From assembly GCA_963707655.1 (NCBI GenBank), contig OY970172.1, forward strand, positions 96,001 to 160,000: a stretch of 64,000 bases of DNA, given 5' to 3'. The notes beneath the pieces are model-generated. The model searched no databases and was not told the origin of the DNA. It was given only the letters and a program-made list of their open reading frames with translations. The translations under genes and the position numbers were made by a program. The stretch comes from an uncultured bacterium. Lineage in GTDB: Bacteria; Babelota; Babeliae; Babelales; Vermiphilaceae. This document shows, piece by piece, positions 29,926 through 40,144 of this stretch (positions are counted from its first letter, which is position 1; each line of letters opens with the position of its first letter).

Positions 29926-30741
29926 ATGAATAAAACTATGAAACGAGCTGATGGGCGATTTGCCCATCAGCTCAGATCTTTTTCTATCGGTTATGAGTGT
30001 TTTGGCTATGCCGATGGGGCAGTAATACTGTCTCTTGGCAATACCAAGGTGCTTTGTGCCGTCACCTTACAAGCTGGCGTTCCGGCTTTTCTTAAAGGTA
30101 AAAGGACTGGTTGGCTTACGGCAGAATATGCCATGATGCCGACATCTACTCACATGCGCTCGCAGCGTGAATCAGCACAAAAGTATAATGGCAGATCAAT
30201 AGAAATTGCACGGCTCATTGGCCGGTCGTTGCGTACGGTAGTCGATCTGAGCAAGATCGGCGAGCGCACCATTACTATTGATTGTGATGTGTTGCAGGCG
30301 GATGGAGGTACAAGGACAGCGTGCATTACCGGAGCTTTTATCGCATTACGGCGCGCCGTTGCAAAGTGGATCGGTGATGGCATTATCAGCGAATCTATTA
30401 TTACTGATGAACTTGCCGCTATTTCTGCAGGAATAAAAAATGGGAGCGCACTGTTAGATATAGATTATGCAGAAGATAGCACAATTGATGCGGATTATAA
30501 TTTTGTATTAACTCGCTCAGGTGCTATTATTGAAATTCAGGGAACAACGGAATCAAAAGCGATTGCATGGCCCTTATTTAATGAAATGTGTAGTCTTGCA
30601 TCGCAAGGGGTACAACAATTGTTTGAGCAGATAGATGTCTATGAAAAAAAGGGACATGTTATACTAGAAAATATCCCTGTTTCATCAGTATCACAAGGAC
30701 TGACCAACGCATTAAAAAAGTATAGCCTTTCATCGGATTAA
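29926..30741 (+). CDS. rph: Ribonuclease PH
   Basis: GWLTAEYAMMP, EIARLIGRSLR, DCDVLQADGGTRTACITG, EIQGT. Confidence 0.95.
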   Translation: MNKTMKRADGRFAHQLRSFSIGYECFGYADGAVILSLGNTKVLCAVTLQAGVPAFLKGKRTGWLTAEYAMMPTSTHMRSQRESAQKYNGRSIEIARLIGRSLRTVVDLSKIGERTITIDCDVLQADGGTRTACITGAFIALRRAVAKWIGDGIISESIITDELAAISAGIKNGSALLDIDYAEDSTIDADYNFVLTRSGAIIEIQGTTESKAIAWPLFNEMCSLASQGVQQLFEQIDVYEKKGHVILENIPVSSVSQGLTNALKKYSLSSD

Positions 30742-30743
30742 CC

Positions 30744-31700
30744 ATGAATTTTACAACGTTTCTCGAAACGTTTATTACGAGCAGAGCTTTACCTACTAAG
30801 CCTCTTTTTATATTTAAAGGGGGCGATTATCAAATTCTATTCTTTGCAAAGCTTATTGAGCAGATAAAAAAACAGCATTATTTTGAAACCATAGATGTTA
30901 TCGAGCAGGATTTTGCATCAAGCATGTCTCGCCTGGAAACAAGTTTTTTGGGCCAATCGGTGGTATATTGGCTAAAAAATAGTGCCGAGCTTGATGAAAA
31001 AAAAGCGAATAAGTTGCTTACCTATCTGCAAGAATATCAGGGGCCGCATATCGTTATCTGTTTTTTGCCTATTAAAAATAAGCAGATCGCTGTTGCCCAT
31101 GGGCTTGTTATCGATATGGATGAAGTAAAAGTTGATAAAGATATGCTTACCCTTATTATGCGCTTAACGCAGCCATCTTTGGATCTTAAAAAGCTTAATC
31201 CTATTATCAAATATATCTCTTCTCGCCGGTTATCTATCGCGTTGGATGATGCCTGTTTAATTTCACAGTATCTTTTGGTATGTACGACTATTGGCGATGA
31301 TTTTTTGGCGTGGCTCGATACCATACTTTTTCCTGATAAAGCATTGTTTACCTTGAGCCAAACTTTTTTTTCAAAAAATGTCTCTTCTTTTTACACTCAG
31401 TGGCAAAATCAAGAATCTTTATATGCAGAAGCTTTCTGGATCAGTTTTTGGTCAGAGCAATTATGGCGCGCGTGCGCGGTAATTGAATTATACGAGAACA
31501 AAGAATTTGCTCAGGCCAAAACAATGGCTTTTAGACTTCCTTTTTCTTTTATCCAAACTGATTGGAAAAAATATGCTCCCGCAGAATTACGAGCCGCACA
31601 TGATTTTGTTTATGGCATGGACCATCAATTAAAAAACGGTGGCGATGCTTTCTGCTTTGATCTTTTCTATTCCAAATTTTTTTCTGGACAGTTTAGGTAA
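30744..31700 (+). CDS. Hypothetical protein, possibly a divergent DNA polymerase III delta subunit (HolA-like)
   Basis: Size about 320 aa; LFIFKG, ETSFLG and C-terminal DHQLKNG resemble the HolA pattern; not confirmed. Confidence 0.45.
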   Translation: MNFTTFLETFITSRALPTKPLFIFKGGDYQILFFAKLIEQIKKQHYFETIDVIEQDFASSMSRLETSFLGQSVVYWLKNSAELDEKKANKLLTYLQEYQGPHIVICFLPIKNKQIAVAHGLVIDMDEVKVDKDMLTLIMRLTQPSLDLKKLNPIIKYISSRRLSIALDDACLISQYLLVCTTIGDDFLAWLDTILFPDKALFTLSQTFFSKNVSSFYTQWQNQESLYAEAFWISFWSEQLWRACAVIELYENKEFAQAKTMAFRLPFSFIQTDWKKYAPAELRAAHDFVYGMDHQLKNGGDAFCFDLFYSKFFSGQFR

Positions 31701-32352
31701 GATTTTTTTTAACAGTTTTGTTTATGAGACGGTCAGGTTGAATAATGCCGCCTGAAATAATCATGGCCATTGCTTCTTGACGACTAATGTGAATTACATG
31801 CACATCTTTTTTTTGTGCCATAATAAAAAATCCGGTTGTTGGATTGGGAGTGGTAGGAATAAAAATGTTTAAAAATTCTTTATCAGTGTCGGGAGAAAAT
31901 TCAGGAGATAATTCACTGGTTACAAAACCTAAGCTATAAATACCGGTACGAGGAAATTCTACCAATACCACTTCTTTAAAAGAGACAGTGTCTTGCGGAT
32001 TGAAGGCGCTCACCAGCTGTTTAATGCCTGAATATACGGGCCGTACAAGGGGTATTCTAAAAATGAACGATTCAACAAAATGTATAATACGATCGAGTAA
32101 AAATATCTTGATCAGCATGCCAAACGCAATAATAATCGAGAAGGCGATGATAAGCTCGGCATAAGGAATTGCCTTAAGAAAAGCGGGCTCAAAGTATTTG
32201 AGGGGTTGTAGCCAGCGCACCAGCCCTTTAAATACTAGATTAAAGAGAGCAACGGTGAGTGCTAAAGGCAAGAGGGTGATGAGACCGGCTAAAAAAATGT
32301 GCCAAATAAAGCTGCTTATTGTCTGCAACAGACTATTGATCTTTTTGGTCAT
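31693..32352 (-). CDS. DUF502 family membrane protein
   Basis: FLAGLITLLP, RIPLVRPVYS, VLVEFPR, FIPTTPNPTTGF, IISGG. Confidence 0.88.
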   Translation of the reverse strand: MTKKINSLLQTISSFIWHIFLAGLITLLPLALTVALFNLVFKGLVRWLQPLKYFEPAFLKAIPYAELIIAFSIIIAFGMLIKIFLLDRIIHFVESFIFRIPLVRPVYSGIKQLVSAFNPQDTVSFKEVVLVEFPRTGIYSLGFVTSELSPEFSPDTDKEFLNIFIPTTPNPTTGFFIMAQKKDVHVIHISRQEAMAMIISGGIIQPDRLINKTVKKNLT

Positions 32353-32373
32353 AATACCTGTTCCTTTTTGATT

Positions 32374-33708
32374 CTATGAAAGTTGTTGTTGTAATAAATC
32401 AGCAAGTCCATGTGCCACACGTAATGCATGTTCTTTTGTTTCATCTTCGACCATAATACGTAGAAGATTCTCAGTTCCTGAATAACGCACCACAATGCGG
32501 CCAGCTTTTAAAAGCTTTTCATGGAGCGTAATAATATTTTGTATGATTGGATTAGTTAAATCTTTTTTTATGGCAATGGGCACATTGAGTAAAATCTGTG
32601 GATATTTAGTGAAAGAGTGCATATCCCAATTATCAGTTTCATTAAGAATTTGAGCAAGACGCAGGGCAGTAAAAATTCCGTCACTGACCTCTAAATAATC
32701 CCTGAGAATAATGTGACCCGCCGGTTCACCACCCAATAAAAGATTATGTTGCGCCATTTCTGCCAATACATATTTATCCCCAACGGCAGTGCGTGTTAGG
32801 GTCTTGTTGTGTTGCCTTAAAAAATCTTCAAATCCTTTGTTGCTCATTATGGTGCCTACCACACTCTGGCATGATGAATAGATAGTGCTTGCCAGAAGCA
32901 TAGCCATAATGTCATCACCATCTTTTATTTCTCCGTATCTTGATACAACGGTAATCCGATCGCCGTCACCGTCAAAAGCGAAGCCGGCATCAGCATTGTT
33001 TTCGAGCACTGCTTGTTGCAATTGTTGCGGATAGACAGCCCCATTGTGATCATTAATATTTTTTCCATTGGGTTGATTGTTGATAACAATGAGCTCTGCG
33101 CCGAGCTTTTCAAATATAGTCGGGGCGACTTGATAGGTTGCACCATGGGCGCAATCAATAATAATTTTTTTTCCCTGCAATAAAGAGGGGGTAAATAAAT
33201 TGACCATTATATCGCTATAGGTCTGAGCAGCATCGGGGAGCCATTGCAGTGTTCCGCATCTGCCATAATCTAATTGCGCATCATCACTTTTATTAAAAAG
33301 CATGCTGATGCACGTTTCATCATCAGGGCTAATTTTGCTGTTGTCTGCATCGATAATTTTAATGCCATTGTCCTGATAGGGGTTATGCGATGCAGAAATA
33401 ATAATACTGCAGTTGATGAAAGGATTTTTTTTTGCCAAGAGATGCGCCCCGGGTGTTGGCAAAACTTGTGCATCGTAAACAGTGATTGGTGAAAGTAAAA
33501 GGCCGGTTTCAAGTGATGCTTTGATATAATCACATGAATTGCGAGTGTCATGCGCTATAAGAATAATCGGCGACGACCCATATTTTTTTTCTGCCCATTG
33601 TGCAATAGCTCTGCCAAGCTTGGGTAAATCTTGGTGACAAATAGGAGCTGTCCCCACTGTTTTGCGAATGCCGTCAGTGCCAAAAATAGCTTGATATGAG
33701 GTATTCAT
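32374..33708 (-). CDS. glmM: Phosphoglucosamine mutase
   Basis: FGTDGIR, ISASHNP phospho-Ser loop, FDGDGDR, VRYSGTE; follows cdaA/cdaR-like genes. Confidence 0.93.
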   Translation of the reverse strand: MNTSYQAIFGTDGIRKTVGTAPICHQDLPKLGRAIAQWAEKKYGSSPIILIAHDTRNSCDYIKASLETGLLLSPITVYDAQVLPTPGAHLLAKKNPFINCSIIISASHNPYQDNGIKIIDADNSKISPDDETCISMLFNKSDDAQLDYGRCGTLQWLPDAAQTYSDIMVNLFTPSLLQGKKIIIDCAHGATYQVAPTIFEKLGAELIVINNQPNGKNINDHNGAVYPQQLQQAVLENNADAGFAFDGDGDRITVVSRYGEIKDGDDIMAMLLASTIYSSCQSVVGTIMSNKGFEDFLRQHNKTLTRTAVGDKYVLAEMAQHNLLLGGEPAGHIILRDYLEVSDGIFTALRLAQILNETDNWDMHSFTKYPQILLNVPIAIKKDLTNPIIQNIITLHEKLLKAGRIVVRYSGTENLLRIMVEDETKEHALRVAHGLADLLQQQLS

Positions 33709-33757
33709 TGATGTTTTTCCCTTAAAGCGCTGATAGTATCTTTTTTCAAAACAGTGA

Positions 33758-34144
33758 TTAGCTGGTTAATTCAGCGGTATCAATGGTAATTACTGTCGGA
33801 CAATAGTGTACCAGCTTAATTATCTCCGGTAAAAACAATTTTTTTTCATTCATGATCAGTGGCTGCTCACCAACATGCAATTCTTGACCATTAATGTGAA
33901 TGGCCAGGCGGCTGGAGTCAAGTTGATCAAGATGTTTTCTTTTCCCTTGTAATGATATGGCAACTGTTTCCGGCGCATTGATGTGATATGTTGGGGGGAG
34001 ATTATAAAAACACAGGTGAGCTTCGTGGGTGATGGTGACTGTTTGTTGCTGGCTCATTATGCTCCACAGCGCATAACCAAGAATGGCCGATGCTACTTTA
34101 AGCGCGATGTTGTTGGCCAATGCCTTTTTGATTATGAGGTACAT
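33758..34144 (-). CDS. CdaR/YbbR-like protein (one TM segment plus one YbbR-like domain)
   Basis: NNIALKVASAILGYALW N-terminal TM pattern and PETVAISLQG; located between the cdaA-like gene and glmM. Confidence 0.7.
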   Translation of the reverse strand: MYLIIKKALANNIALKVASAILGYALWSIMSQQQTVTITHEAHLCFYNLPPTYHINAPETVAISLQGKRKHLDQLDSSRLAIHINGQELHVGEQPLIMNEKKLFLPEIIKLVHYCPTVITIDTAELTS

Positions 34145-34925
34145 ATGATCCTCCTGCTTTGCTTTGCTCTAAAATTCCCTGATATTTTTTAATTAATTTA
34201 ATCATGGTGCTCGTGTTGAGTTGCTCAAAGTGTTTTTCCTCTACAATGACGTCAAATAGGCGCTGCTCTGCGGATGCTTTAAAAATAATTGCATCAGTCT
34301 TGCTCGAGATAAAGCTGGCCTCTTGTTTCCATGCGGGCATATTGTTCTGCGCTGGAAAATGGGATTCTTGCTCCGTTAATTTCCACTCGGCGTTGATAGC
34401 CCGTAACAAGCCATTTTGTGTGATCCAGACTATTTTTTTTGATTCAAAACTGCTGTTTTCAAGAAGAAGGTCAAGCAGCCCTTTGTGCAAGGGGGCATCT
34501 ATAAAAAATCGCGTATCTAACAATTCAACCAGTGAATCCTTTTGTTCTATAACGCATAATAACTCTTTGTTATTATTCATTGCGATAAGACAGCTACGCA
34601 TGAGCGATTCCAGCCAATGCTCTTGCACAGGCGCTTGTGCAGGAATAACGTTCTTTAAAGTGATAAAGTTGCGTTGCAATGTTTCTTTGTGTAGCAAGAT
34701 GAAAATTACGGCGATGATCGGTGATCCGATAAACAAAAGGGTAGCTATTGAAGAAAGATTAAAGTGAAAAGCAGCAATGAGTGCGATGCAATAGCCATAA
34801 AAAGCAAAAAGGAGATTTTTTTGTTTATCCCCTACGAGCCAGCGAGAAAAATAGTAAATCACGGATGAAAAAAAGATGATTTCAATTGCATCATGCCAAT
34901 TGATAATGGTGATAATGAATGCCAT
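34098..34925 (-). CDS. CdaA/DacA-like diadenylate cyclase homologue lacking catalytic motifs
   Basis: 3 N-terminal TM segments (DAIEIIFF...), DisA_N-like core (LCVIEQKDSL, IDAPL, ISSKTDAIIF), but no DGA or RHR motif. Confidence 0.75.
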   Translation of the reverse strand: MAFIITIINWHDAIEIIFFSSVIYYFSRWLVGDKQKNLLFAFYGYCIALIAAFHFNLSSIATLLFIGSPIIAVIFILLHKETLQRNFITLKNVIPAQAPVQEHWLESLMRSCLIAMNNNKELLCVIEQKDSLVELLDTRFFIDAPLHKGLLDLLLENSSFESKKIVWITQNGLLRAINAEWKLTEQESHFPAQNNMPAWKQEASFISSKTDAIIFKASAEQRLFDVIVEEKHFEQLNTSTMIKLIKKYQGILEQSKAGGSYVPHNQKGIGQQHRA

Positions 34926-35117
34926 GCATGCTCCTTGATCTAGGTATTTTCTATTTCCGGTTTATCCTAACATACGTGAATAATTGAAAGTCAATATTAT
35001 GGCTATATAATGCATGGCAATTTGTTTTTCATGAGCAATGCTTTATACTACTTCAAGGTGATAATGGTGATCTAAAGACCATTGTAAAATATGTAGATTT
35101 GATTGAGAGGGAATTAA

Positions 35118-36146
<1,029 letters not shown>

Positions 36147-36150
36147 TTTT

Positions 36151-38406
36151 TTATACGGCCGATACAAATGAGGCAGCTATTTTCTTTGTTCCTGTTTTGA
36201 ATGAAATGGTCAGATACACGGTGTCTGGCCCTTTTGCTTCTATCTCTTTTACAATACCAATACCAAAAGTTTGATGTTTTACCGGTTGGTTTTTTTTCCA
36301 GACGGTGGCAGGCGTAATAGTTTTTTCTGTTGCCGTTGCTTTCTCAGTCGCCTGTTTGGGTGAAAAGGTATACACCGGTGCAGCGGTTGCTTCTTGAGCG
36401 CGTGTATTGCCAAGCCATTCATTAAAAAAAGTGCTGAGCTGACTGCTGTGCCAATGAGAAACATCATTCAGGCAGAGAAGATGAGGGGGGATTTCTCTTA
36501 AGAAACGTGAGGGGCGTTGATCGCTCATGCTGCCAAAAGAATAGCGATAGCGACTATGGGTGAGCAACAGATATTCGCGTGCACGCGTAATGCCAACATA
36601 GAGCAAGCGGCGCTCTTCTTCGATCGCATCTTCGTCGGCGAGAGAGCGGTTGCTGGGCAATAAGCCCTCTTCAAAACCGGCAATTACTACTAGATCAAAT
36701 TCGAGTCCTTTGGCCGCATGCAATGTCATGAGCAAGACCGGATTTGTTTGCTGTGTTTCATTTGATTTGTAATGCTCCTGCATAAGAGCAATTTCATCAA
36801 GAAGTTGTGCGATAGTATTGATTCCCTTTTCTTCAAAATGGACAACCGCATTGAGCAATTCTTTAATGTTATCGAGCCGCGCCAGTGATTCTTCTGAATC
36901 ATACGCTTCCTTAAGATGGGCGCGATAGCCGCTGGCACTTATGATATGAGATATCGCTTTTGAGGGCAGTGTATTTTGTACAAGTTCTTCAAATATTTTT
37001 AAAAAAGCGGTTACCGTATCCTTCTTTGCATTGGGAAGAAGGCCATTATCAATTAGTTTATGCGCTACATCAGTAAAGGTGAGGAATGGTTCATTATTCC
37101 ACAGCTCGTGAAATTGTTCTTCAAATTTTGCTCCCAATCCGCGTAGGGGAACATTGATAATGCGGAAAAATGATGCGCGGTCAAAGGGATTAATTATCAA
37201 ACGTAGGTATGCCAAAAGATCTTTAATCTCTTTGCGTTCATAAAATTGTACACCGCCGATGATTTTATACGGTATTGAATTTTTAATGAGCCCTTCTTCT
37301 AATGTGCGCGATTGAAAGTGTGTGCGATACAATAGAGCAATGCTCTGTTCTTTGCTTTTTCTTCTTTGCGCTTTCACCAGGTGCGCAATAACTTCTGCCT
37401 CATGGTAATCAGAAAGACACGTGGTTGTTCGAATACGGTTGGTCCCGGTTTTTTCTGACCATAATTTTTTTGGATTGCGATTTTTATTATTAATAATTAC
37501 TTTATTTGCTACTTCCAGAATTGGCTGCGCTGAACGGTAATTTTGTTCGATTTTTATCAGCTCTGCTTCAGGAAAATCTTGCTTAAAGTTAATAATGTTG
37601 GCCACCGTAGCGCCGCGCCATGAATAAATTGACTGGTCCTCATCCCCCACCACACAAATTGAATCAGGTGTTGTTTCATTGCCTTCATCAATGCTCATTT
37701 GTTTGAGCAATTCGTGCTGCACAACGTTGGTATCTTGATACTCATCGACTAACAGATGGCGAACTGTTTGTTGAAATTCTTTTTTAAAGAGAGGATTTTT
37801 TTTAAATAATTTAACTGTTTCTAGCAATAAATCATCAAAATCAAGCGCTTTGCTTATCCGTTTTTCGTGTTCATAAGCCTGATAGACCGACGTAAATAAC
37901 TGATTATCGAATGAATCGTCTTGATTTGGTGATAAAGTCTGATTTTTTATGCTCGATATTTGATATGACAACTGTTTAGCCGTAACCTTTTTATTCAGGT
38001 TATTGCGCGTGATAATGCCTTGCAAAATTTTTTGTTGATCATCTTCATCAAGTATTGAAAGAAACGGTGTTTCAAGCAACGCATTATTTTTTTTCAATAT
38101 GCGCAAACAATATGAATGAAACGTGCCAATAAAAGGCAGCTCCCTGCTGTTTCCCAAAAACAGCTCTATGCGTTCTCTCATCTCTTTGGCCGCTTTGTTA
38201 GTAAAGGTGAGTGCAATGATTGCTGATGCTGCGACCTGCTGATTGAGAATGAGATGCGCGATGCGCGCAGTAATTACCCGTGTTTTGCCTGATCCGGCGC
38301 CGGCGATTACCAGCAAAACACCATTGTGTTTAACAACTGCTTCGCGCTGTTCTTGATTAAGATTTTGTGCAACAAACTGATTAAAATTTTCAATGGTGGT
38401 ATGCAT
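36151..38406 (-). CDS. uvrD: UvrD/PcrA superfamily 1 DNA helicase
   Basis: AGAGSGKT, TFTNKAA, VDEYQD, GDEDQSIYSWRGA, TLHAAKGLEF, EEERRLLYVGITRA. Confidence 0.93.
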   Translation of the reverse strand: MHTTIENFNQFVAQNLNQEQREAVVKHNGVLLVIAGAGSGKTRVITARIAHLILNQQVAASAIIALTFTNKAAKEMRERIELFLGNSRELPFIGTFHSYCLRILKKNNALLETPFLSILDEDDQQKILQGIITRNNLNKKVTAKQLSYQISSIKNQTLSPNQDDSFDNQLFTSVYQAYEHEKRISKALDFDDLLLETVKLFKKNPLFKKEFQQTVRHLLVDEYQDTNVVQHELLKQMSIDEGNETTPDSICVVGDEDQSIYSWRGATVANIINFKQDFPEAELIKIEQNYRSAQPILEVANKVIINNKNRNPKKLWSEKTGTNRIRTTTCLSDYHEAEVIAHLVKAQRRKSKEQSIALLYRTHFQSRTLEEGLIKNSIPYKIIGGVQFYERKEIKDLLAYLRLIINPFDRASFFRIINVPLRGLGAKFEEQFHELWNNEPFLTFTDVAHKLIDNGLLPNAKKDTVTAFLKIFEELVQNTLPSKAISHIISASGYRAHLKEAYDSEESLARLDNIKELLNAVVHFEEKGINTIAQLLDEIALMQEHYKSNETQQTNPVLLMTLHAAKGLEFDLVVIAGFEEGLLPSNRSLADEDAIEEERRLLYVGITRAREYLLLTHSRYRYSFGSMSDQRPSRFLREIPPHLLCLNDVSHWHSSQLSTFFNEWLGNTRAQEATAAPVYTFSPKQATEKATATEKTITPATVWKKNQPVKHQTFGIGIVKEIEAKGPDTVYLTISFKTGTKKIAASFVSAV

Positions 38407-38516
38407 AATAATTCCGTTTCAAAAAGATATTTTGATTGTTTATAGTGTAACGGAAAAATAGACAGAGGTCTTGAAGAATTTTTATGCACAAAAAAAGCAG
38501 CTGTTATTCGGGATTA

Positions 38517-38964
38517 CTAATACCTGTGTCCTTTTTTGTCCTTGGCATATTGTTCATTTCTTATTCGGTTTGCTTCTGCATGAATCATTGCGAAATGTGT
38601 CTTTTTTAACTCTTCGTGTTTCAAAATAACGGGTTTAAGATTTGCAACGAGTTGTGTCATTTGCGAGCTGTTCAAATTTAAGCCGTCCCCTACTTGCGTT
38701 GCAAGCTTCATACCTTGTACTTCAAACTCTTGTTGCAAGATTTGGTTTGCTTCTTCTGATTCTTTTCTATCTTTCTCTAAGCTTTGTAGTGTCGCAGTAA
38801 CGGTTTTTTGGGAAGAGGCAAGTTGTTGTTCTAGTTGACCAACATAGGTATTGTTTAGAGCGACCGAGGCGAGGCTATTGACAATGGCTCGGTCATTGTT
38901 ATCATCCTCCATTGCGCCGATGGTCATTGTGCCGGATAAGGAGCAATGTTTTATTAAAATTCAT
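38517..38964 (-). CDS. Coiled-coil secreted-type protein, frameshifted within its signal peptide (array member 4)
   Basis: ATG at 38964 gives MNFNKTLL, like its neighbour MNFNKLSL, but is out of frame with ...LSGTMTIGA-MEDD (ORF 38517-38927). Confidence 0.6.
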
Positions 38965-39016
38965 TAAAAAACCTTTTTTAAAAAATGTCCTGGGGAGGTG
39001 AAAAATTTTTCATAAA

Positions 39017-39049
39017 ATGTAAGCGCCAGAAATACTCGAGCGCTTATAT
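39017..39049 (-). terminator. Intergenic hairpin, probable terminator
   Basis: ATGTAAGCGC / GCGCTTATAT inverted repeat. Confidence 0.55.
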
Positions 39050-39061
39050 TTAAATAGTATT

Positions 39062-39571
39062 TTATTGTTGCGTGTTCCATGGCCACCAAGATGATGCGGC
39101 GGTTGCCTTTGCTTTTCTAATCGCTTCATTAACATCTTGTTCAATCTGCGCTACTACGCGTTTTGATTCAACTTGTACGCGTTCTGCTTCAACTTGCTTT
39201 GACTTCTTGCTTAATCTATCAGCTTCTTTCGTGCGTCGTGCTGAAGACTTTCGAGCGCGAGCAAGGTCTTCTAAGGCTATGATTCTTTCTTGCATTGCAC
39301 GACGATCACCTATTGCTTCTGTTTTGTTCTCTAAGTACTCGGTGTAACTCTTGTAGTGCATATCTAAAGCAGCGGTACTTCTTTGAGCCAGCAGCGCTGT
39401 AAGCTCAGTTTTAGCTCTATCTTTTTCATTAGTCAGCTGTTGATGTTGCTCTGGTACAAGAATACCTTCTACAGTGCTTCTAGGTAGATCTTGTATGATT
39501 GCCGGGTCCATTGCTTTCAAGAATGGCATTGATGAGAGAAGCAAAATAAGAGACAGTTTATTGAAATTCAT
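39062..39571 (-). CDS. Secreted coiled-coil protein with a Trp-rich C-terminus (array member 3)
   Basis: Signal peptide ...PFLKA-MDP; charged helical body; ends SSWWPWNTQQ. Confidence 0.75.
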   Translation of the reverse strand: MNFNKLSLILLLSSMPFLKAMDPAIIQDLPRSTVEGILVPEQHQQLTNEKDRAKTELTALLAQRSTAALDMHYKSYTEYLENKTEAIGDRRAMQERIIALEDLARARKSSARRTKEADRLSKKSKQVEAERVQVESKRVVAQIEQDVNEAIRKAKATAASSWWPWNTQQ

Positions 39572-39589
39572 TGAGGGGTTCTTTCGAAG

Positions 39590-39620
39590 AAAAAGCGCTC
39601 AAAAGACTCAAGCGTTTTTT
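39590..39620 (-). terminator. Intergenic hairpin, probable terminator
   Basis: Minus strand AAAAAACGCTTGAG-TCT-TTTGAGCGCTTTTT. Confidence 0.55.
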
Positions 39621-39637
39621 AGTGTCTGAATAATAGT

Positions 39638-40015
39638 TTATTTCCACATGCCAAAAGTTAAATAATAGCCTAACCCACGAGTCGCTGTGCTTGGGGTTTC
39701 GGTGTTTTCTTCTGCGATCTGTGATAAGCCGAGTTGATCCAATTGTTCTTTTTGATGGTTTAAGGCAGCTTCTTCCTTTTCTAATTGCTGACGTTTGGCT
39801 TCCGCGTTCGCCAGATCAATCTTAACTTGTCGGTTTTTTGCTTTGAGGGCATCCTTTATCTTTTGATCCATCACTCTGTGTGTTGTTATTAATTGGCTTA
39901 CTGAAAGATCATCAGCAAGCAGCTTGCCGGTATTAATTTGTTCTGCCTCATCCATTGCTTGTATCGCACCAACAGAAACAATTAAAGAAAGCATAAGTAT
40001 GTTTGAAGACTTCAT
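39638..40015 (-). CDS. Secreted coiled-coil protein with an aromatic C-terminus (array member 2)
   Basis: ATG at 40015 after AAGGA; signal ...GAIQA-MDE; ends GLGYYLTFGMWK. Confidence 0.75.
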   Translation of the reverse strand: MKSSNILMLSLIVSVGAIQAMDEAEQINTGKLLADDLSVSQLITTHRVMDQKIKDALKAKNRQVKIDLANAEAKRQQLEKEEAALNHQKEQLDQLGLSQIAEENTETPSTATRGLGYYLTFGMWK

Positions 40016-40104
40016 AGAAATTCCTTTAATAAAAAATGATAATTTTGTGACAGACACATTTTCTAAGCGAAAGATTATTTTTGAAGAGATTAAAAAACAA
40101 GGAC

Positions 40105-40134
40105 AAAGAAGCGCCCATGAATGAGCGCCTCTTT
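40105..40134 (-). terminator. Intergenic hairpin, probable terminator
   Basis: Minus strand AAAGAGGCGCTCAT-TC-ATGGGCGCTTCTTT. Confidence 0.6.
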
Positions 40135-40144
40135 TAATAAAAAA

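Noticed and set aside
34204..34767. 187-aa plus-strand ORF opposite the cdaA-like gene
   Set aside because: Ser-rich antisense-type composition; the minus-strand ORF fits the operon context
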